A DNA stretch of 64,000 nucleotides. Origin: the human T2T-CHM13v2.0 reference genome, Homo sapiens. Positions 54,960-64,000 of the stretch are shown piece after piece. Numbering within the stretch: the stretch's first letter is position 1; the number at the start of each line of letters is the position of its first letter. The notes under the pieces are model-generated. The model was not told where the DNA came from and did no database searches. It saw nothing but the letters and a program-made list of their open reading frames with translations. The position numbers and the translations under genes are program-made. The DNA lies in NCBI RefSeq assembly GCF_009914755.1, contig NC_060942.1; one strand, given 5' to 3'.

Positions 54960-55970
54960 ATATTTCTTTTATATTTTTTAGCCGGTAAATAGTTTTACTA
55001 TTATATCTATGTATCTATCTATATTTATATATAGATAGGCATCATTTCAGATGTTTATTGGCTATCTAGAATATCTTCTTTCATGAAATACCTATTCAAG
55101 TCTTTTGTCTTTTATTCTGTTGGGTTGTTTGCCATTTGTTCTGTCAATTTATTGGAATTCTCTATATATTCAGGATATTCATTTTCTTAGTTCTATATCT
55201 TACAGATTGTAGCTTTTTCCTTTTTTGGTTCTTGTTTCTTCTCCATAGTGCCTTTAGATAAACAGAAGCTTTGACTTTATTTGAATGTAATCTAATTTAG
55301 TAATATTTTTCTTTATGGTTAGTGGGGTATTTTTTTTTATAATTCTAAATTTATTTTATTAGATTATAAGAACTAGTTAGAAACTTATTAAAACATTTTT
55401 AAAATGAAAATCAATCTATATATTTAAGGAAATCAAAACTGTAATTATTTATAAACATTGTTTAATTTTTTTTTTTTAATTATACTTTAAGTTTTAGGGT
55501 ACATGTGCACATTGTGCAGGTTAGTTACATATGTATACATGTGCCATGCTGGTGCGCTGCACCCACTAACTCGTCATCTAGCATTAGGTATATCTCCCAA
55601 TGCTATCCCTCCCCCCTCCCCTCTCCCCACCACAGTCCCCAGAGTGTGATATTCCCCTTCCTGTGTCCATGTGATCTCATTGTTCAATTCCCACCTATGA
55701 GTGAGAATATGCGGTGTTTGGTTTTTTGTTCTTGCGATAGTTTACTGAGAATGATGGTTTCCAATTTCATCCATGTCCCTACAAAGGACATGAACTCATC
55801 ATTTTTTATGGCTGCATAGTATTCCATGGTGTATATGTGCCACATTTTCTTAATCCAGATTCTCTATAATTTGATCATGAAGATGTCCTTGGACATTAAC
55901 TTTTGAAAGCTCTATAGATTTTGGTTTTAGGTTTAGGTTTTTAATTCACTTGGAATTGACATTAGTATTC
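54960..55970 (-). mobile_element. Old L1ME fragment hosting the young L1
   Basis: atgtttattggctat...ttctttcatgaaatacctattcaagtctttt...tttctttatggttagtg; resumes at gatcatgaagat...aaagctctatagatttt. Confidence 0.7.
55466..55858 (-). mobile_element. Young L1 (L1PA2/L1HS-like) 3' end, 393 bp
   Basis: Near-consensus gtgcacattgtgcaggttagttac, ggtgcgctgcacccactaactcgtcatctagc, with intact CpGs. Confidence 0.96.
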
Positions 55971-56039
55971 ATGGTTTGTAAAGTACGTGCTCACAGAAAT
56001 TTGAACACACACTTGCTGCTTTCTGTACTTTTTTATTTT

Positions 56040-57560
56040 TGTATTGGATCTCTGACCTTCCATCTTGCATCATTTTCTGTCTGCCTCAAGTACATCCATT
56101 GAGGTTTCTTTTAGTGGAAGTCTGGTGGCAAAATGTTCTCTTCAGTTTCTCTTATTGGTAAATGTCTTTATTGCACTGTCATTCTTGAAAGACATTTTTT
56201 GCTGGTTATACAATTTTAGAATGATAGCTACTTTCTCTTGGTACATCATTCCACTGTCTTTTGCCTTCCACTGTTGCTAATAAGAAGTTAGATGTAGTTC
56301 TGTCTCTTTCGAACTCAATGTCTGCTTTTAAAATCATCTTTTTATATTTGTTGTTTTGACTAAACTTTTTAAAAATTTAATCTGCTTTGGGTGGGAGGCT
56401 GCATCTTGCAATTAAGAGTTTGTGCATTTATTAGTTCTTGAATTTTTTTTCTGATATTATATTTTTCAAATACTGTCTCTGCCCACTCTTTATCTTATGT
56501 CCTCTACAACTCCATTTACACATATGGTAGACATTCACACTGTATCCTCTATGCCCCTTAACCCTTTATAATATGTTCCATATTTTTATCTCCTTTTGCT
56601 AAATCATGCAAGCTTTTTAACCTTATGCCTAATTTTTAGTTTATTATTTTTGTTTCAGTTCTATAGTTTTTCCCTCTTACATTGTATTTTAATTTTTAGT
56701 GTTATTATTTGTACTTCTATTTGGTTCTTCAACAAATATATTTTATCATTCTTTATTGTTTGTCCCATTCACACAACTGTAAGTTTATCTTTCATTTCTT
56801 TAAACATGACAAGCATAGGTATTTTATAATTTGTACCTGAAAATTATAACATCTGAAGACTTTGAAGGTCTTTTTCTGCTGGTTCTTGCTCATAGTACTT
56901 TGTTTTCCTGTGTTTGGGAAACATTCGAGGCTTAAGATCCTTTAAGAACTATATTCACGTCTTCCAATTGCCTGTGGAACTATTAGTCAACATCTATTTT
57001 CATTTAATGCAAAGTTTTATATCTCAAAGGTAACAAATTTAGGCTGCAAAACTGCATGAGGTCAAGCTGGTGTTTCCAGATGTTCACTCATGATATTTTC
57101 CCCTTCATCTCAGTCCCATATTTTGTGCTAGCTGATTTCTCCTGCAGTAGTCCTACTTGAGTGTGGCAGAGATTATTTCTGGATCACTGTTATGCACACT
57201 TTAGTTTTATGAAGTAAAGATTCATAGTATTGGGTTGATGCAAAAGTAATTGCAATTACTTTTGCACCAACCTAATAGATTTCATACCTTACATAGGCCT
57301 TGGATACTTTTTTCCACTAGACCTTGAGAGTCCTTCAAAACGCAGCCCAACTTCTCAGGCCCAGTAAATACGCTTATGAGTTTGTTTGTTTGTTTGTTTG
57401 ATTGTTTCTCTGGATTTCTGCCTTTGATTAGTTTTTTCAACCTGAGAATTCCTTGCTTTCCTGCAACTCTTCAGTTTATTTAAGGTCATTAATATTTATT
57501 CAGGATTGTTCTTTCTCCAGTAGATGTCTACTCAGGTTCCTAATCCACAACATTACTAGA
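56040..57560 (-). mobile_element. Old L1M ORF1/5' region
   Basis: agtctggtggcaaaatgttctc...aatgtctttattgcactgtcattcttgaaagacatttttgctgg; ttttcaaatactgtctctgccc. Confidence 0.65.
57230..57275. mobile_element. MADE1 (Hsmar1-derived MITE), internally deleted
   Basis: TA|ttgggttgatgcaaaagtaattgcaattacttttgcaccaacctaa|TA. Confidence 0.92.
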
Positions 57561-59545
57561 AATGAATGTCATAAATGGATTTCTAAATTATTTTAAACTC
57601 TGTAATTCTGCCATTCTACATTTTCATTTGGATTATTTTCTTCTATCATACTTACCCAAACTAGGCAAGTGGAAAATTGAGAGTTTGACAAGCAAAATGA
57701 ATTTTTTTAAAAGTATTCAATAGAAATTATGTATCTAAACATTCCATTAATACTAGTAAGATTTGACTCAACTTTCTGACTTTGCATCACGTACTCTTCT
57801 TGAATATTTTCTCAATATACATTGTATAAATTACTTTAAATGTCTCCTTTTTAAGACTATTTTGCTAATTAATTAGATGAAATCTTTTGAGACTGTATTT
57901 ATCTTTCTTTTAATGAACTTATGTGGTGAATACTCATGATATATTCTGACCTGATCTCACTTGTAAGGGCATACAACTTCCAAGGGTCTATTTTTATGTC
58001 TTTTTCAGTCTTTCCTTCAATATCTCCTAAAATCTGTTTGGAATAGATACGACCTTAAAATCCTCAAAACTTTTTCCTCCATGGATTCAAAGATTGATTG
58101 ATTCATTCAATTACTGTTGACTGGGGAATTTAAAAGCACAAGTCTATGTTTGTAGAACCACTAAATTATCTGAGACAGGTATTCTTCTAGGTATTAAGAC
58201 TGATCGATTCAGCTGTGTTCCAGTGGATACTTGGCGAAAAAAAAAAAAAAAAACAGCAGAAATTTGAAGTTTGAAGAACATTTCACTTAAATCCTATAAC
58301 CACATCCAGTGCTAGCAATATCATCAGTAATGACCAGCAAGTCAAGTGTTGGGTTAAGGAACTGTGGTCCAGGGGAAACATTCAGATGTCCTCAAATTAT
58401 ATCAATATTTAAACCCAGCTCAAACTACAAAGTCACAGAAATTATTTAAAACAAATTTATATAAATATCCATTCCATGCCATCCTTGATTTAAATGCCAT
58501 ATTCATTCATTGGAAAAAGAGGGCCCTTAATATTGTCTTTTTCTGATCTGCTTTCAGGCACCAAGAATAACACACCTACTCTAGGAGGCATGTTTGTTCT
58601 ACATCCAAATCAATGATCTTCTATTCCTCAGGAAGTCAGGATTCTTTCATATCTTCCTGAAAAAGGTGAAGTTCCAAAGAGGCAGGATTGCTAATCTTTG
58701 CAGGTCCTTGCAGACCCTCTTCAATTCCAGATAAAAATGTCTTCTTATAGGCAATGAGGCAGAAAGAAATTAGGGAAGTCAGAGAGATACCTGTGACCAA
58801 AATTTTGACCTTTTCTAGTTAATTTGGTTTCTCTTTCATAACCCAGTAATATACCAACAAAATGGGGAAAAAAGATAATTGTCCGGCCATTGCAATCATT
58901 TGCCCAAAGGTAAACAGAGAAACAGTAGTTAGTATATCATTTATATTAAAAAGCAATGTGTTATTTATCTCCTTCCCTAAATAGAAGTCGAGCTAAAAAG
59001 AATTACGCTATGGTATAATTTCAGCATTTCCATCCCAATGTTTAGGAGTGGAAAGTCAGTTTCCAAGGAGCTTAAAAAATACCTTTATTATAAATCTTCA
59101 TTTCTTAGATTAAAGCTCTACTTGCTCTTTCTTGTATTTGCATTCTTATTGACATTAGAGTTGGAAAAGTAATATATGCCTAGTATGTGACATTAATCCT
59201 CATGTAACAGAGATCCATGAAGATAAAATTTATCTTGATAAAGTTTGCAGCCTCACCTGCCAGGTTTTCGAGCTGCTTAATGCAACCACATGCATCTCTC
59301 TGCATTCTTAGGATTTCAATAAAGGTTTGTGATAAATGGGAAGCTGAATGGAAGCCTCCTTCCAAAATTATGCTTGTAAAACATTGGGGATTCTTAATCC
59401 CTAAAGGATAATTATAAATATTTAAAATGTATTCTTGCTTGTGCTCACTTTCTGATGTTTCTTGTAAGACTCTTTATATAAAAGATTATTCCTATACTAG
59501 CTTTTGAAATGTCATTTTAAGTTTCTACTCTGTTTGTAAACTAGG

Positions 59546-59985
59546 TATATAAGTTTCCTAGGACTATTGTAACAAAGTACTACAAACTTAGCGGCTGAAG
59601 ACAACAGAAATGTATTTTCTCACAGTTTGAGAGGCCAGAAGTCCAAAATCAAAGTGTTGTCAAGGTTGTTTCATTCTGGAAGCTCTGAGGGACAATCTGT
59701 TCCATGTCTCTCTCTTAGTTTCTGGTGGTTGCTGGCAGTGTTTGGTGTTCCTTGGCTATTGGGTGCATCACTTTCAATCTCTCTGTCTTTACATGACCTT
59801 CTCTCTGAGTGTCAATGTCTAAATTTCTCTCTTAAGGACAAAAGTCATAGGATTAGGATCTATCCTAATGCAATATGAATGTGTCTTACCTTGACTACAT
59901 TTGCAAAGGCTCTATTTCCTAAGGTCACATTCTAAGGTTTCCAAAGAATGTGAATTTTGGGAGGATACTGTTCAAGTCAGTTTAC
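59546..59985 (-). mobile_element. MLT1C-like solo LTR
   Basis: gtttcctaggactattgtaacaaagtactacaaac...ggccagaagtccaaaatcaaagtgttg...taaggtcacattct. Confidence 0.9.
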
Positions 59986-61369
59986 CAGATAAAACCAATT
60001 TCATTTTCAGAAACAAAGGATTAAGAAGAGCACTCAGATAGTTAGAAGAAGACCCACGACTAAACACCAAACTTTTGCCCTGTATTCAGAAGCTGCCTTA
60101 CTCTGAAGGACTTTTGGAGCTTGTCTTCTCTTCTATTTTCAAATGCAAACATCTACCCAAACAGTCTGTTAAAATCACTTCAGCTGTTTATTCTTTCCCC
60201 ATTTTTTAACATTTCCCCCTATGTTTCAGGAGTTTCTAAATCCATAACTCTCATTCACCAAATCTCCCAAAATGACAACAAAGAAAACCACTTTATAGCT
60301 CTCCTCTATAGCATGTGATAAAACCTAGAGGAACTTCAATGCAAATGAGGTGCTTGCCATTTTATGATACTGATTTTATATACATATATGTGTATTTGTT
60401 TGTTTTCCTCCTTTGGCACTTTTAAACTTATTTTATTCATCAAATAGATTTTGGCAGCAAAATCTTCAAAGATCATGCCAGCAAAAACCTGGCCAAATTT
60501 AAGATTGAGGTTGCATCAGCCTATATATTAACACACCTGTGAATTGTCCAACACAGCTCCCAGAAGCATAAAATACTCTGTCAGGAAAAATAAGTTATTT
60601 TATTATACTTTTGGTGTAACTAGCCATAGCCAAAGACTTTTCAACACAAACTGAAATCAGCAAGCGATTTTATTTTAGTTTTTTGTTGTTTCCATATGCC
60701 AACTTAGTTCCTTTCTTACCTGTGGTCTCTTTGTTCATGTGTGGATGTATTAACCCTGTAACTCATATCCACAGGAGATATTCTGCAATACTTCACTCAC
60801 ATAGACACCAGCAATACACCACTGCAGCATCTTCTCTGTAGCAATTATTTTATAAATCACTTATTTAAAAGTGTTTGGACTAGGGAAACCAACTTTCCCG
60901 TGGCTATTATATGACTCATGTTTTAGTACATTTACTTTTTTGGCTAACAATACAGTTTAAAAGAAGTAAATGGATTCTTTTTAAATAATTGATACTGATT
61001 TTGCTTTTTATGTCTCATCTCTAGACTATGCAATTTATTTCTTCTCTCCCAGCACTGAAACAACTTCTAGCACTCACATTTATATGTTTTTGTACACAAT
61101 ATCATTTGGTAATCAAGTATTCTAAGAAGCTAGCTTTCTGAAGCATAAAATGGCTACATAAATACTGATCTGTGACCTGTAACATTCAATTTCAAATCTT
61201 TTATTCAGAAATAATGTCCTAACAGGTAACTCAAAATTGAATTGTATGCATTGAGAAATATTAGACATGTAAAGTGAATCTAAGAAGGTTCATTCATCCT
61301 GCATTGTAAGTGAAAATAATAGCTTATCTTTTAAAATAAATCTTTATTCTTAAATTTTGTCTTTAGAAT

Positions 61370-61371
<2 letters not shown>

Positions 61372-61416
<45 letters not shown>

Positions 61417-61824
61417 TTGAGATGGGGTCTCACTCTGCCACCCAGGCTGGAGTTCAGTGGTGAGATCTCGGCTTACTTAAACCTCCGCCTCCTGGGCTCA
61501 AGCGATCCTCCCACCTCAGCCCCTTGAGTAGCGTGTGCCACCAAGCCCAGTTAATTTTTTGTATTTTTGGTAGAGATGGGGTTTCACAATGTTGCCCAGG
61601 CTGGTCTGAAACTCCTGAGTTCAAGTGATCTGCCCACCTTCGCCTCCCAAAGTGTTGAGATTACAGGTGTGAGCTATTGTGCCCAGCTAATTTATTGTAT
61701 TTTGGGTAGAGATGGGTTTTTGGCATGTTGCCCAGGCTAGTCTTGAACTCCTAAGCTCAAGTGATCAGCACACCTCGGCCTCCTAAAGTGTTGGAATTAT
61801 AGGTGTGAGCCACGGTGCCCAGCC
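61372..61824 (-). mobile_element. AluJ trimer (left-left-right monomers) with an (ATT)n tail
   Basis: Dimer to ~61688 followed directly by a second left monomer to 61824; flanks aattcattatt / aattcttattc. Confidence 0.9.
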
Positions 61825-61829
61825 AATTC

Positions 61830-61907
61830 TTATTCTTTTAATTGATACATAATTGTACATGGATGTGGGGTACATGGTGATGTTTCTACATATACAATGG
61901 ACAGTGG
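61830..61907 (-). mobile_element. L1MA 3' terminal fragment
   Basis: ttttaattgatacataattgtacat...ggggtacatggtgatgttt. Confidence 0.75.
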
Positions 61908-62214
61908 TGTAAACTAAAAATAAAATCCTAAGCCTCAACCAACTGAACAGACCCCTCTTGGCCAAGAGGACCCCAGAAAAAATCTAAAACCTGAATTCTT
62001 GGCCATGATGGGAATGGAAGTGGGATTTGCCTGGTTATACTCTCTCCCTTTCAGAGTTCAGGCACAACAACTGATCAGCATTAACACTAAAACAGAGACC
62101 ATAAAACTAAAAAGAACTGATTCTCTGAATTATAAATAAGACCTAAGGCCATGCAAGACAAGGGTCAAGTCACAAATGCAGACCATCAGTTTGGCTACGT
62201 AGCATCCTTATCTT

Positions 62215-63808
62215 GTTAAAAATAATTTCAACTTTTATTTTAGATTCACTGTGTTAATGTGCTTATAATGTTGGCCCCAGCTGCATCTCTGTTGCTGCAA
62301 AGGACATGATTTTGTTCTTTTCATGGCTGTGTAGTATTCCATGGCATATATGTACCTCATTTTCTTTATCCAATCCACTGCTGATGGGCACCTAGGTTGA
62401 TTCCATGTCTTTGCTATTTTGCATAGTACTGTGATGAACATACGAGTACATGTGTCTCTTTGGTAGAATCATATATTTTCCTTTGGGTATATAACCAGAA
62501 ATGGGACTGCTGGGACAAATGGTAGTTCTAGGTTTGTGACAGGTAACTAAATCTTGGGACCCCAAACTCATTAAGCCAAAGGGAAAAGTTAAGCTGGGAA
62601 CTGGGTCATGCAAACCTGCCTCCCCCTTTCGGTTCCTAAATAAGATGGCTACAAGACGAAAAGCTACACTCTTCCTCCCTATTTTTCCCACAAGGAAATT
62701 CCTACAGAGCTGCAAGATCTTTACCCTAAGGTGTTTCTATTAATATTTCACCATGGCAATGTAAGTTGATAACTTATCTTTACAGGTGCAGTCACCCCCA
62801 CTGCCCAAACACAAATGCATATCTGATTTTTCCCCTGCCCCATTTTTCTACGTTATCTTTTGTAAAAAGGCAGATTCCCCACATTTTTCCTCTGCCCCAT
62901 TTGTTTATGCCATCTTTTGTAAAAAAATACAGATTCACTGAGCCAGACAAAGGCAAGAATAACTATTTTTCCCTATCCTCCTCTCACATGAAAATTGTGT
63001 ACTTCTCAATACCCTACCCTTTCCCCTTTAAATTTGGAGCCCTCAAAATCATCGTCAGAGAAAGGCATAGACCTGTCTCCCAGGTGTACATCCTTAACTT
63101 TGGCAAATAAAACTCCTAAAACGATTGAGACTTTTCTCATCATTTTTCTCGATTGACAATTTCTTTGAGAAATCTTCAAACTTCTTTTCACAGCGGCTGA
63201 ACTAGTTTGCATTCACAGCAACACTGTATAAGTTTTCTTACACAACCTCACCTGCATCTGTTGTTTTTTGTCTTTTTAAGAATTGCCATTCTGACTGCTG
63301 TGAGATGGTATCTCATTGTGGTTATGATTTGCATTTCACTGATGATTAGTGATGCTGAGTATTTTTCTCATGTTCATTGGCTGCTTGTATGTCTTTTGAC
63401 AAATATCTGTTCACATCTTTTCTGACTTTTAATGGGTTTGTTTTTGTTTTTTGCTCGTTGAATTATTTAAGTTCCTTATAGATTCTGCATATTAGACCTT
63501 CCTTTCACCATATCCAAAAAAATTAACTCAAGAAGGAGTGAATATTTAAATGTAAGACCTCATACTATAATAATCTTAGAAGAAAACCTTGGAAACCCCA
63601 TGCTGGATACTGGCCTTTGGGAAAAAAAATTATGACTAAGTCCTTAAAAGTAATTGCAACAGAACAAAAATTGGCAAGTGGGACCTAATCAAATGAAAGA
63701 GCTCCTGCACAGCAAAAGAAACTATCAACAGAGTAAACAGACAACCTTAGAAATATAAGAAAATATTCACAAACTATGTATTCTACAAAGGTCTAATATC
63801 TAATATCC
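62215..63808 (-). mobile_element. L1PA15-16/PB-type insertion with 5' inversion (inverted part ~63501-63808)
   Basis: Antisense L1 3' end from 62220 to ...atattagacctt (63500), then sense-strand L1 ORF2 sequence; 14-bp TSD agcatccttatctt / agcatccttatatt. Confidence 0.9.
62535..63158 (+). mobile_element. MER4A-like solo LTR inserted in the L1
   Basis: tgtgacaggtaactaaatcttgggaccccaaactcattaagccaaagggaaaag...aataaa...ctcgattgaca; L1 sequence ggtagttcta..ttctttgagaaatc joins across it. Confidence 0.9.
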
Positions 63809-64000
63809 AGCATCCTTATATTAATCTAAAACATTTCTTTCTATTGGCTCCAAGTTTTAGACAGAATCTTACTCCTTTAACCAATTGAAAATTAAAGAAT
63901 CTCTGAATCCACCTGTAACCTATAAGCTTCCACTTCAAGATGTCCAGCCTTTAGAGGCCAATCCAACATACACATTCCACATATTGATTTTGGTCCCTGC

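Larger units (their letters stand above)
61908..64000 (+). mobile_element. MER4E-like ERV1 LTR split by an L1 (pieces 61908-62214 and 63809 to window end)
   Basis: tgtaaactaaaaataaaatcctaagcc...cccctcttggccaagaggaccccagaaaa; resumes after the duplicated agcatccttat.tt with ctttaaccaattg...gaatccacctgtaacc. Confidence 0.85.

Noticed and set aside
62826-62940. ~56-bp tandem duplication inside the MER4A-like LTR
   Set aside because: As far as I recall this is part of MER4A-family structure, not a locus-specific event.

Overview
AT-rich primate, most likely human, genomic DNA dominated by transposable-element remnants: about 14 Alus, many L1 fragments (old L1M up to one very young L1PA2/L1HS-like piece), L2/MIR, ERV1 and MaLR/ERVL LTRs (including a complete LTR-int-LTR MSTA element) and DNA transposons (a near full-length Tigger4/Zombi, two Tigger2a, MER5, MADE1). 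I can find no host protein-coding exon. The only recognisable protein sequences in the ORF track are decayed L1 ORF2p and a decayed pogo/CENP-B-family transposase. The most notable structure is retrotransposition history: a Tigger4>AluJ>LTR9 nest, an L1MA>MER4E>twin-primed L1>MER4A nest, a young L1 with a candidate 3' transduction, and an Alu ending in a fold-back plus SVA-like hexamer. There are also candidate + strand splicing signals (recursive-splice-like AG|GT sites, a 14-nt micro-exon in an LTR) in a window whose L1/LTR orientation bias suggests a + strand intron. I see no support for a new multi-gene system. All repeat subfamily names are by-eye recollection of consensus sequences and need RepeatMasker/Dfam confirmation; boundaries of old repeats are approximate.
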